Below, in pieces: positions 22,398 to 32,281 of a stretch of DNA of 64,000 nt. The notes beneath the pieces are model-generated. The model did no database searches, was not told where the DNA came from, and saw only the letters and a list, made by a program, of their open reading frames with translations. Source of the stretch: Mayamaea pseudoterrestris (Eukaryota); NCBI GenBank assembly GCA_027923505.1, contig BROI01000025.1:62001-126000 (forward strand), written 5' to 3'. The translations under genes and the position numbers were made by a program. The stretch's first letter is position 1. Every line of letters begins with the position of its first letter.

Positions 22398-23051
22398 CTA
22401 GTAACACTTAGCCAGGTCAGTCCATTCGCCATAGAATCGTTCATTCAATGACGAGGCCGGGTAGAGTTTTTTCATGAGAAACTCAATGGAGCTGTCAATA
22501 AGACAATCATCACAGGCCTTTTCCTCGATGTCTTCAATGTTGTACTCATCGACAAGGGTGATATGCTTTGGCTTGTACTGCATTGTCGGTGTAGTGAGGT
22601 GGAAGGTTTGTAGGCCAGTCAATACCTCCTTGCCCTTCGCAACGGTGTAAGGCACAATGTCGCAAGCAACAATGCAGCGCGCCTGGAAAGACTGCTTCGA
22701 GGTAGGGTTCAGCTCCATCAAAGGTTCAGTGCTGTACTTGTTGGCGCAGCGAGTGACCAGATGCCCCAAGCCACAGTTCTGCAAGTGGGGATTCATCTGA
22801 TCCTGCTCAAGCTTGAACTCCTGCCCGACCGGGTGCAAAAACATGGTTCTGGTGTTGGTAGGGTCCCTGCTGCTGTACTGGGTCGCAGTGATCAAACAGA
22901 ACTGACCACCCTTCATTTTCAAACGACGCAGTTCGCTCATAGTTTCGCCCTTGGTCATGCCTTGCTTGAGGACCGGTGGTGAGGACGGAGGCCCTTTCTT
23001 GATAGGCTGCTTGTCAGCAGACTTGGCAGGTGAGGCGCTTGTTTTTCCCAT
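22398..23051 (-). CDS. Second ORF inside the Helentron, 217 aa, unknown function
   Basis: ATG-initiated 654-nt ORF co-oriented with Rep-Hel and lying inside the element termini; basic/Pro-rich N-terminus. Confidence 0.6.
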   Translation of the reverse strand: MGKTSASPAKSADKQPIKKGPPSSPPVLKQGMTKGETMSELRRLKMKGGQFCLITATQYSSRDPTNTRTMFLHPVGQEFKLEQDQMNPHLQNCGLGHLVTRCANKYSTEPLMELNPTSKQSFQARCIVACDIVPYTVAKGKEVLTGLQTFHLTTPTMQYKPKHITLVDEYNIEDIEEKACDDCLIDSSIEFLMKKLYPASSLNERFYGEWTDLAKCY

Positions 23052-23540
23052 GGTTGGAGTTTTTCAGCAGTGAAGTCGTAGGAGCTGCGTTTTGTGAGAG
23101 TTTGGATGGAACGTTCGACAACTTGGCGCGTCAAAAATGTCGAACCCAAATGTTGCACATGTTGCAAAAGGCTCCAAATATTGGTTAGTATCTGTCAGTT
23201 GAGTCCAAATATTCCAGTTCCAATGGAATAGTTAGACACCAAAAATTGTAAAACAAAGCCGAAAGAAGTCAAGTGATTTGAAATAAGTTCAACGGGTCGT
23301 GGAGCTTTCGTCCTCGTCGTCGAAGTCGAAAGGCTCGGCTGTGCGCGCAACGGCCTGTCCAAATCATGACTCACCGGTACTCCGTCTTGATGTCACACCG
23401 TTATTGAACAATTTTGTTTGACGAGTATTATGTTTAGCTATAGGCTGCTTCTATGGAAAGCAGAAACAACTACAACTACATGAGACAATAACCTAAGAAG
23501 ACTATAAGTCACATAAAAGTACTCTAGTAAGCTATTTTAC

Positions 23541-26500
23541 CTACTGAATATATGTGTTTCGCAGATGAGACCGAAATGGTTCAACTGCAGATGTCGGAAA
23601 CCACTGCTGTGCTTGTAGGCGACAGCCTGACTGCACCAATTGCATGACTGCAGCTTTGTTTGCAATCATATTCTGTACATTCATTAGTACATGAACTCCA
23701 CAGTCATAATTGTTAGTCTGGGGAGTTACTCGTGCATTCTGTATTGCTATTGGCGCTCCTTGACTGCTTGATCGGCGAAGTCTGTAAATAAGCTGTGTGC
23801 CAAACTCCACAACACTTTCCTGATTCCTTGGGGCAGATCCACGTGGTTGACAGGAATCAAGAATTATCATCAGTGCACCATTCGAAGACATACCATTAAC
23901 AATGACCAGGAGGTTCCAGTGGTTGTTTTCATTGATTGGTATTATCCATAATTGGTTGTGTTGAAATGCCCTGGTCATAACTGCACTGGTATCAGTTGGA
24001 AGGTCATTGTGTAGCCGATAAACGACATAGATATATGTTGAGAAGAAGCATATGCCATCAGATTCATCACCAGCGGAATGCAACAGAACTTCACCAAAAT
24101 GATTAATCACATGTCCTGTAAGTTCCCCTTCAGGCAATAATGACATACAGTTCATATCTGAATCATGGTGGGTGCTGCTGATTTCATACTGAGTTGGTGT
24201 TGCAGCTGGGGATCGCATAGTGATGGCTTGTCGTGGTTGCTTAATGTTTGTGGATGTTGATAGATTGGCAGCCTCCATTTTTAATTTTCTTTTTGGAGAG
24301 GGAGTTACAATGGAACTTGTTTTTAACTGATTCAATTTTGCTGATCGCTTGGCATGCCGCATGTATGGTGTTTGGGCAATAGCTGTGTCACATTGTTTGG
24401 AGCAGTCATGCCAGAAGCCATTAGCATCTATGTCCATACGCCATTTCGTTGCACATATATCTGGACGGAGTTGTTTGAAGCTTGCTCGCTTAAATGAGTG
24501 TGACAAAGGCATACAACGAAGGCGACTGCCAAGCTTGACACGGCTGAACATGACGTAAAGCATTTCAAATGTCAAACGCTTGCTTCCTTTGCATGGTTCA
24601 AGTAGCATGACAATGTAATCAAATGTGCCTCCTTGGACTTTCCAAACTGTGATTGCCAAGGCCAGATCAACTGCATGACACATGTAATCCAGTTTTGTCC
24701 TGCCAAACCGTATAGAAGGATTTTTGCGTGAGTGCTTCCCAATTGGTATGTGTACCTCACTGCGCGTTCCATCAGCTGCATACGGTGCAAGATTTAGTTC
24801 CCGTGGCCATGTATTTGCATTCACACCATCCACGCAGACAATTATGTAGTCAGGTGGGCTTATTAGATTTACAACTGTGTCTGTGGAGGCATTAATTGAT
24901 TCAATGACTGCTAGCCGTTCGCAATCATCTGTCCATGCCACACCAACAATTGTACACTTAGTTCCATTGGCAACACCATATAGCACGTTCCCACTTCCAT
25001 TGTCTAGTATCATAGCTGGAGCTCCAATGTATGCATAGGCAAAGAGTTCTGGATGGTCCAATTCATTATAAATCAGCCCTTTGATTGAATTTGCAATGCT
25101 TTCAGTGTTGCATAATTCACGCTGCCATCTGAGTACCTTCTGCTTAAGCACCTGGCCACATAGCTGCGCTCTAATTGCATTGATGACTGCACGGTCACGA
25201 TTTGTAGTAGTGATACATGTAGCCTTGGTCAACCAGTTATGATCTGATGCTATGTCTTCACATGTCAATGGCGTTGTCAATTGGTCCATGATTGCATCTG
25301 TGATGGGACGAAATGAGGCTTCTGCTTCTGTCCATCTTGTTCCTTCAGGGTAAGTCATTGGTAAAGCACGGAATTCATTTAATCGTAAGCAGTGCTGTGG
25401 GTCATCTGCTGCTCGCATTTGTGTGCTCATGTTAAAGACCTTAAATTGGCGGAATAGTTCTGCTGCCTGCGCTCCAGTGCTTGTCTGCTTGAGTGATGAG
25501 TAAAACACATTGTAAAGATCATGACCATTTGTAATGGATGGCATTTGAAGGAAATCGCCAGAGAGTAATATAGAAATGCCACCAAAAGCTTTTGTTGGAC
25601 TGTACATGCTTCTAAGCCGGCTGTCGATTTGAACCAATGTACCAATGGACACCATTGAAACCTCATCAATAACAACAAGCTTCAGTTTGTCACCTCCAAT
25701 TGACTGGAATATTTGCTCTATCATGCTATTTGCATTCAGTGCTTTGCATCTTGTCTTAAACGCTGAGTCTACTGTGCGCCCCTTTGGCAAATTTCCTGCT
25801 CCAACTCCTGTAGTGCATGTCTCCAGTACTCTTCCTCCATTATTGTGTATGATAGTATCAACTTTTGTGATTACATAAGTTTTGCCAACACCTCCTCCAC
25901 CATGCATCATGACCAAATGTTGTTCTTGGGTGTCAATTAAAGTTGCAACAAGGGCACGCTGCTCACTGTTTAGGTCAGACAGGTCAGTTTCCATGGTCTC
26001 TATGTCATCACCAATGCAGTCATCCATAGGGCCATTATAAGTGGATATTCCAGCTAATGTGACATCCTCACTCTGTTTCTGATCCATTGTGTTGATTCCA
26101 CGGATTATGTCCTGATAGGTCAATTGTTGTTGTTGTAAAGGGGCACTTGCCTGATGAATGTCTGGTTCATATGGCTGGCTTGTCACATTTGTAGCACCAA
26201 ATATATATGTTTCTGGATTGATAACTTTACATGCTGCAGAGTTGTCATTCACGTCTGCACCATGAGAATTAGAATTGTTCCAGAGCTTGGTGCACTTCAT
26301 AACTAGCTCATTTGTTTGTTTTCTGAGTACCATGTCAGGATCTGCTAGTTCACCAGCTAAAGTAAGCAATTCTGATGCACTAAGCTTTCCCTTGGCTTCT
26401 GAATCCTCACTGTTATCATGCATGCCTTCAGCATTCTGGCAAGATTTTTTTTGAAATGTGTGTCCTGGTATATCTCGCCAGTGGTCAGTGTTGCGGTCAC

Positions 26501-29500
26501 GCCATAAACTACTTAGTTCCTCATTACGGTGTGACCGACATCTCATTTGCATAAAGTTAAGTAGCATGCGGTAGCGCATTTTGTTGTGGGTCAGAGCATC
26601 ATACCTATCAAATTGATGAATCATATGTGCTAATCCATCTGCATCAAAGTTAAATTCTGTTGGGAGTGAATGGCGCCATGGAATTAGCATTGTCATGACA
26701 TACTTGGCAAACTCTGAGACTTTACAATGCCAATCATCAACAAGGTCTGTATCATCAGGTTTGTTTCCTGGAAAAAGAGGTATACAATGTCCAGCAGGTA
26801 TGGCTAAACGCATTTTGCATCGGATAGTAGCCTCATATTCGTCATATAGTGGATGGTCTTCTCCAAGAGCAAAAGTTAGCCTAGCATCTCTTCCTTTTGA
26901 GCTAAGTTTAGGCTCGTTATCGGTCACATCAGCTGGCTTATGCTTGTGCTTCAGCTCTACAATGCATTCATAATCCATGTAAGAGTACTCCTCAAAATAT
27001 GGACCTCGGTGGTTATATGATTCTGCTTGTGACAAGTAAACAACATCACCATTCCATAACTTATAAGCAGCTGCTCCACCAATAGCATCATTGCTGCTGT
27101 CATTAACTTTGCTTCCGGTGATTAGCTTGTGCAATGTTCTGTCAACAAACTCATCATTATCATCATCTTCTATTGACGTGTCATTTGGCGCATTGGCAGT
27201 ACATTCGTCTGGGGCATTGTTGGTACTTTTGGTTCTAGTGAATGGCAGGATTGGACTTTTTAGGTATGATACTGCAGCATGAGGATAGATGTAGCGAAAT
27301 GATTCACTAGTAATGTAGGAGGTTGAGCCTAAGAGAGCATAAACCATCAGAGGCATAGACCATTCATGACATCCAACAAACTTGTGACATGTTCCCGTTG
27401 CTAAATGTATTCCTGTGCGTACATCTGTGCCAGTGTCATCTGCGCGACTAGGATACTTCTGAATGTCATCAAGTTTTGCTAGCATCATGGCAGCTGCTTG
27501 CTTCAAAGGTGCCCCTTCTTTACACATATATTCAGTGTAGTACTCTTCCACTGCATTTGATGTATCAAGCCCTGTGATAATTGCTGAGTTGTTGTGACAT
27601 CTAAGTACATTATTTAAACATATATTTGATTCCACAAGCATCTTATCGGTTTCAGGGCGCTGTAGTTCCCATATTATTGGTCCATCCAGATGAGTGCGTA
27701 TTAGCTGACCTTCCAACGGCTCATATGGTTTGTTTATTTGTTCCTTCATGGCTTCACTTATTGGAGTGCCTTCAAGTACTGCTTTTTGATGTGTTTGAAG
27801 ATTGGCATGCTGGTGGATCTTAATCATCAGTGGCTCTGTTTCTGTCTCATGGACTCCGCGAGGCATGCTCAAACGACATCTAGTTAATCCTTTTGGTGGC
27901 TTCTCACATGTAAAGCCATGGACATGATGATTTACTAGTGCTGCATGCTTCTGTCCTGTTTCAATAAATCCTTTATAATCAATTGCAGCATTTGGCACAA
28001 CTAAGTCAGCAGCACGTGGTGGCCTGTCAGTAGCTTCAGCAGAGGTAACTGTGCCTAGCCATTCCCGAACTTCTTGTGATACATGTGTGCATGACATGCT
28101 GTCTAGAATTTTTCCTACCAGTTGTACAACATCAGTGGCAGCAGTAGCAAGACGAGTTAAGAGGTATGGTGTCAAGCATGATGAATGTATTCCAGCATGA
28201 AAATGCAAGCGACCCTCTTTTTGTGGTTCTGTTACTCCACTAATAGCTGCTACTTTGCCATATGCTCCAGTTTCACGCATAGTATGGTCACGTGAGCGTC
28301 TAGTCGTCTCATTAAGAGGGCATCTTAGTATTGCTTCTGTCATTGTATCAAGTGTTCTTTTGTACATCATGGCCCCAAGGGCAGGGCGTAGTCTAGTGAG
28401 TCTAAGGCGTGCGCTGGTATTATCTCGGAAGACAGTTGGCAAAGCCTCACGCTTAAATCCTTGCTTTGTAAGAGGGTTACATGGATTGTTCCATTCAGTT
28501 GTGTCAATCAAAGAATGTCGCAACACAGTTAAGTCTTCAAATTCAGGCTGAGCAGCAGTCACAAAGTGGGATAGTGGCCCATAGCGGAAACGGTATGCTT
28601 TCATTTTTGGTCGGGATGAGGCACGCTCAAAAGGGCTGAAAGGCACAGTTCCACTGACCATAGATACAATGCGACATATATATGAGTTTAGCTTCTTTGC
28701 TTCTGGCTCATGTGGATTATCCTGTGCCCACTGTAATCGCTTTCGAAAGGCATTGGAGTTACATAGCTTTCCAAGAGATGCCATCTGGCTGCGTGTGTTA
28801 ACTGACAGTCTGGCTGCTTTTCGTATGCATGTGTGGCGTTGCATTTGGTTGAAAGCAGTGGCAATGAACAACTGATCGTCAAATCGTCCATCATAAAATT
28901 TGAAGCAGTGCTGTAACTGGTCAGTTTTCATTGTTGATTTTGGAACTCCTTTGCCAAGCATGAATAACTTGGCAAATACAGACCCATATATCTTGTCATT
29001 CTCATCCCATTCAACTAGTGGCTCTTTTTCACGTTCAATGACTATAGGCTTGGACTTTTCTATGGGACTCTCTATCTCTCTAGCACACTCAGATAATGGC
29101 TGCTCATCTTCAGTCAGGTTTTGCTCTTCATTGTCAACAGTATTATCTGCATCTTTGCCTGGCATGTTCTCATCTGATGGTTGCACTATCTTCATGAGGG
29201 CGTTGACAGCATTATTATCTATGCCAGACATAAGTGATGGCTTTGGAAGTACAACAGAATATGTCTTATCAATGGGAAAGGGTTCATCTGATTCTAAATC
29301 TATGCTTTCTGTATCTGCACTGGAGTCCTTGCCGGGGGTACTAAGTGTGGGCATGCTCTGCTTGTGTATGTCAGATATTAACTTATCATTGCTAACGATC
29401 ACAGCTGACTCAATTCGCTCTGCTTCCGCTAGCATTTGTTTGGTAATTTCTGGTGATCTGTCAATTATTACATGAGCAAAGAAAGGATTCTCAAGTTTGG

Positions 29501-30632
29501 TCCACACGTCAAGGTAACTATAAGCAATCTCTGGGTCAATGGAATATAAGCCACGGAACTTGCTCTGGATTTTACGCCACGAATCTGCTGGCCCAATAAA
29601 TGTAACCTGTGTATCGATCCCATTGGAAGTATCTGCTGTCACTCTTGGTAGTACCTTTGCCACTTCAACTGGTCCATTGGAAGGGAATGCAATATGGTGT
29701 GCTGTCGAATGGTTTGCCCGTACCAAAATATCAATATTGAACGCACGTGCAGGCAAGATAGCATTCTGTGTAGTGCCATTGAGCTGGCGCAAGTCACCTT
29801 TTCGTCCATAGTCATGGCCATTTGCTAAGCTGAACTTGTGCGCCTTTGGATTCACACTACAAATGTTGCATAGCACAATGTTGCGGGTAGTGTGAATTAA
29901 ATCAGGATTGAGGTGATAATATTTACCGCCATAAAAATAGACAGACACATGCTTCTTGACTAAATCTTGTGGCAAAGCTTCAATTTTACTAACTTCTTCC
30001 TTGGTTAATACAAATGCGCTATTTAAATTATTTAAAGGGCCAGCATCAACTATATTATTATGATACAAAACTTCATTGCAGGAGGCACAGGCAGCCATTC
30101 GTCCACTTCCTGAATCCTTGGCAAGCGCACTTTGCTGACAGCGAACCATGTCATTCTGTCCAATAGCTCCTCCAATTGCATTCATTACACGAGCAATGAC
30201 TTCCGGGCTGTTGATGTCTTCGTCGTTGTAAATGAAGGCATCTGGGTCCAGTCCAAGCCTGTAGTAGTAGAACAAAGCCAGCTTGGGGTGTAAGGTATAA
30301 TTCTGTGATTTGCCAATTAATTCAATAGTCTTTGCATCAACATGCTTCATTTCAAGTATAGTATTGGCAATCTTAAGTAAATAATCTTTTTCATTTTGTT
30401 TGTCATGCGTTCGTTTTGTGCGTTCGTGTTGCTTTGCTTCCATGTTCAGTTTCTTCAACTCATCAACAATATCCATTTCTATACTTACCTTGGGGCAAAG
30501 CTGCTTACCGACTAATCTTATTACAAAGGATAATGATGCTCTCTTTATCAAACGATGCGAAAGGTCGTGTCTTCGGAGAGAAAGCGTCGACGAGTCAACG
30601 ATCGACGAGCCTTCGAAGAGGTGCGAAACCAC
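23541..30632 (-). CDS. RepHel transposase: HUH-Y2 Rep + PIF1-like SF1B helicase + C-terminal Ulp1/C48 SUMO protease (first ATG at ~30476)
   Basis: FVTAAQPE (motif I), TEPQKEGRLHFH (HUH), YYTEYMCK (Y2); GGGGVGKT, VVIDEVSMV, SGDFLQMPSI, QMRA, ITVWKVQGGT, YVMFSRVK; WIIPINENNHWNLLVI..LDS..QTNNYDCGVHVL (H-D-C triad with oxyanion Q). Confidence 0.95.
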   Translation of the reverse strand: MVSHLFEGSSIVDSSTLSLRRHDLSHRLIKRASLSFVIRLVGKQLCPKVSIEMDIVDELKKLNMEAKQHERTKRTHDKQNEKDYLLKIANTILEMKHVDAKTIELIGKSQNYTLHPKLALFYYYRLGLDPDAFIYNDEDINSPEVIARVMNAIGGAIGQNDMVRCQQSALAKDSGSGRMAACASCNEVLYHNNIVDAGPLNNLNSAFVLTKEEVSKIEALPQDLVKKHVSVYFYGGKYYHLNPDLIHTTRNIVLCNICSVNPKAHKFSLANGHDYGRKGDLRQLNGTTQNAILPARAFNIDILVRANHSTAHHIAFPSNGPVEVAKVLPRVTADTSNGIDTQVTFIGPADSWRKIQSKFRGLYSIDPEIAYSYLDVWTKLENPFFAHVIIDRSPEITKQMLAEAERIESAVIVSNDKLISDIHKQSMPTLSTPGKDSSADTESIDLESDEPFPIDKTYSVVLPKPSLMSGIDNNAVNALMKIVQPSDENMPGKDADNTVDNEEQNLTEDEQPLSECAREIESPIEKSKPIVIEREKEPLVEWDENDKIYGSVFAKLFMLGKGVPKSTMKTDQLQHCFKFYDGRFDDQLFIATAFNQMQRHTCIRKAARLSVNTRSQMASLGKLCNSNAFRKRLQWAQDNPHEPEAKKLNSYICRIVSMVSGTVPFSPFERASSRPKMKAYRFRYGPLSHFVTAAQPEFEDLTVLRHSLIDTTEWNNPCNPLTKQGFKREALPTVFRDNTSARLRLTRLRPALGAMMYKRTLDTMTEAILRCPLNETTRRSRDHTMRETGAYGKVAAISGVTEPQKEGRLHFHAGIHSSCLTPYLLTRLATAATDVVQLVGKILDSMSCTHVSQEVREWLGTVTSAEATDRPPRAADLVVPNAAIDYKGFIETGQKHAALVNHHVHGFTCEKPPKGLTRCRLSMPRGVHETETEPLMIKIHQHANLQTHQKAVLEGTPISEAMKEQINKPYEPLEGQLIRTHLDGPIIWELQRPETDKMLVESNICLNNVLRCHNNSAIITGLDTSNAVEEYYTEYMCKEGAPLKQAAAMMLAKLDDIQKYPSRADDTGTDVRTGIHLATGTCHKFVGCHEWSMPLMVYALLGSTSYITSESFRYIYPHAAVSYLKSPILPFTRTKSTNNAPDECTANAPNDTSIEDDDNDEFVDRTLHKLITGSKVNDSSNDAIGGAAAYKLWNGDVVYLSQAESYNHRGPYFEEYSYMDYECIVELKHKHKPADVTDNEPKLSSKGRDARLTFALGEDHPLYDEYEATIRCKMRLAIPAGHCIPLFPGNKPDDTDLVDDWHCKVSEFAKYVMTMLIPWRHSLPTEFNFDADGLAHMIHQFDRYDALTHNKMRYRMLLNFMQMRCRSHRNEELSSLWRDRNTDHWRDIPGHTFQKKSCQNAEGMHDNSEDSEAKGKLSASELLTLAGELADPDMVLRKQTNELVMKCTKLWNNSNSHGADVNDNSAACKVINPETYIFGATNVTSQPYEPDIHQASAPLQQQQLTYQDIIRGINTMDQKQSEDVTLAGISTYNGPMDDCIGDDIETMETDLSDLNSEQRALVATLIDTQEQHLVMMHGGGGVGKTYVITKVDTIIHNNGGRVLETCTTGVGAGNLPKGRTVDSAFKTRCKALNANSMIEQIFQSIGGDKLKLVVIDEVSMVSIGTLVQIDSRLRSMYSPTKAFGGISILLSGDFLQMPSITNGHDLYNVFYSSLKQTSTGAQAAELFRQFKVFNMSTQMRAADDPQHCLRLNEFRALPMTYPEGTRWTEAEASFRPITDAIMDQLTTPLTCEDIASDHNWLTKATCITTTNRDRAVINAIRAQLCGQVLKQKVLRWQRELCNTESIANSIKGLIYNELDHPELFAYAYIGAPAMILDNGSGNVLYGVANGTKCTIVGVAWTDDCERLAVIESINASTDTVVNLISPPDYIIVCVDGVNANTWPRELNLAPYAADGTRSEVHIPIGKHSRKNPSIRFGRTKLDYMCHAVDLALAITVWKVQGGTFDYIVMLLEPCKGSKRLTFEMLYVMFSRVKLGSRLRCMPLSHSFKRASFKQLRPDICATKWRMDIDANGFWHDCSKQCDTAIAQTPYMRHAKRSAKLNQLKTSSIVTPSPKRKLKMEAANLSTSTNIKQPRQAITMRSPAATPTQYEISSTHHDSDMNCMSLLPEGELTGHVINHFGEVLLHSAGDESDGICFFSTYIYVVYRLHNDLPTDTSAVMTRAFQHNQLWIIPINENNHWNLLVIVNGMSSNGALMIILDSCQPRGSAPRNQESVVEFGTQLIYRLRRSSSQGAPIAIQNARVTPQTNNYDCGVHVLMNVQNMIANKAAVMQLVQSGCRLQAQQWFPTSAVEPFRSHLRNTYIQ

Positions 30633-30962
30633 CGCGACACTGCGCCAACGTGACGTGCTCGGTCATGGTCATCGCACGTGCGGGTCATTTTGAATTCAAA
30701 CGCAAGGAGTACTACTATTTGGGAACGCTAAGGAGCATGTCGCAGCGCGGGACACATTAATCTCGTGAAGCATGTCCGGATAGATCCTACCACAATTATT
30801 CGTTGCCTTCATAAGGTGCTTAGCTGAATTGTTGCGAAACAACCAACATATACGAGTCAGGCGTACACTCAGACAGCCTGAAATCTTGGCTTCGTTCTTC
30901 TGTAGGTACGGCTAAAGACATCAGTTTGATACCTCCGTTTTTTTTTGACTACTTCTTCATCA

Positions 30963-31907
30963 TTAAGTATCCGTTAAAATAATCAGTTCTCCAGTTTCTC
31001 GCGCGAGCTCGGCAGTGTTACGAAGCGCTTCAATAAAGCAGGTATCGTGCACCAAAAAGCTGCTGCAGGTGCAAGCAAGAAGCCACGAGTTCAAAACCTC
31101 AAACCAGTCGGTAGGCAAAAGCCCAGGCGCTGACCATCCCAAGCAATGAACAAGAAAGTACACCAGAACGTTGAGCAACGTTACAATGCCCATGGCGGAC
31201 GTTATAGGTCCCACTTCAGTCAAATCCATGGGTTGATTGTTTCCTCGGTAAGCATAAACTGAAACGCCGCAAGTAGCCAAGGTCGTCGTGAGCAACGCCG
31301 ACGAGATTGTCTCTAGCTCACAAGAAGACAAAATGTAGCAGCATGCCAAGGATTGGATCAGAGTTGCGAATCCGTAGAGCTTCCACCCGGATGGCACTGT
31401 CACGTTAGTCAAACTACCCGGTGATAGGGAATTTTGCAGCCAGAGAACTAAAAGACCAGCTACAAACCGAAGAGAGGGAACTTTTCTCATAGATACCATA
31501 AGAAAAGCCATAGAAATCGACCGTATTGACGCAACTGCAAAGACTTCGGCTATAGAAATGGTTGAGACTGCAAACAAATGGACATTGAAAGTCTTGTTTG
31601 CCAGCCTCTCCTCGCACCACAACAACAACAAAACAAACTCACCGATTGACTCGTTTTGAAAGTGCATCGCCAAAAGCAGTTCATCTTCCGGAAATGTTGT
31701 GTTCTTTCCTTTTTCCAGCCTTTGAAAACCTCGAGGCAAGGAAGCGCCACCGCGAGAGTTAACTCCATCGTTGCTTTGCATCAATCGCTGGTCGCTCGGC
31801 AACCGAAAGCACATTATGCCCTCAAAACGAATGAGAAACGATAGTAGTCCAATCAAGATGCGCATTGCACAAAGGCAGGTAATATACAAGGCAAGCAGTA
31901 TATACAA
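30963..31907 (-). CDS. Multi-pass membrane protein, Bax inhibitor-1/LFG-like (divergent, possibly truncated)
   Basis: Several hydrophobic helices; ISSALLTTTLATCGVSVYAY..DLT and FLVHDT resemble the BI-1 family; the usual last helix is not seen. Confidence 0.5.
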   Translation of the reverse strand: MYILLALYITCLCAMRILIGLLSFLIRFEGIMCFRLPSDQRLMQSNDGVNSRGGASLPRGFQRLEKGKNTTFPEDELLLAMHFQNESIGEFVLLLLWCEERLANKTFNVHLFAVSTISIAEVFAVASIRSISMAFLMVSMRKVPSLRFVAGLLVLWLQNSLSPGSLTNVTVPSGWKLYGFATLIQSLACCYILSSCELETISSALLTTTLATCGVSVYAYRGNNQPMDLTEVGPITSAMGIVTLLNVLVYFLVHCLGWSAPGLLPTDWFEVLNSWLLACTCSSFLVHDTCFIEALRNTAELARETGELIILTDT

Positions 31908-32281
31908 CGAGTAGTGGGAGAGGCGTCGCGGTCTTTTGTAAGACAGACGATATGATGGGCGAAAATCTTTGTTGTCAGCGAGGACGAGTTGGATGCTTCA
32001 ACGTAACACATATAAATGCATTAGCGAAATAGTCGATTAATTTGGAGCGGATCAACGTTCGGCAATTGTTCATCCTGAGGGCGAAGGAATTTGAGGCACG
32101 CTCAGCATTGTTGGACTGTGATTGAAGCGTGAATGAAAATTGGCTCGATGCTGCATCCTTCGGAGCGCGATACGATGGGGGCTGGATTGGGACAGTATAT
32201 AGACGTATTCCTATTCTCTTTCTCCCCGTATCACAGCATTGTCATAATCTAAGATACGCTACTATAGTTCCCATGGCAAAA

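Larger units (their letters stand above)
22146..30795 (-). mobile_element. Autonomous Helentron/Helitron2-type rolling-circle DNA transposon (~8.65 kb)
   Basis: Rep-helicase ORF; asymmetric 11-bp sub-terminal inverted repeat (GTGGTAGGATC ~22169-22179 / GATCCTACCAC 30783-30793); TT at both ends on the element strand; no TSD seen. Confidence 0.9.

Noticed and set aside
23541..30632. Endogenous virus or Polinton interpretation of the Rep/helicase/protease ORF
   Set aside because: No capsid, pPolB, packaging ATPase or long TIRs; the HUH-Y2 plus PIF1 fusion with asymmetric short inverted repeats fits a Helentron
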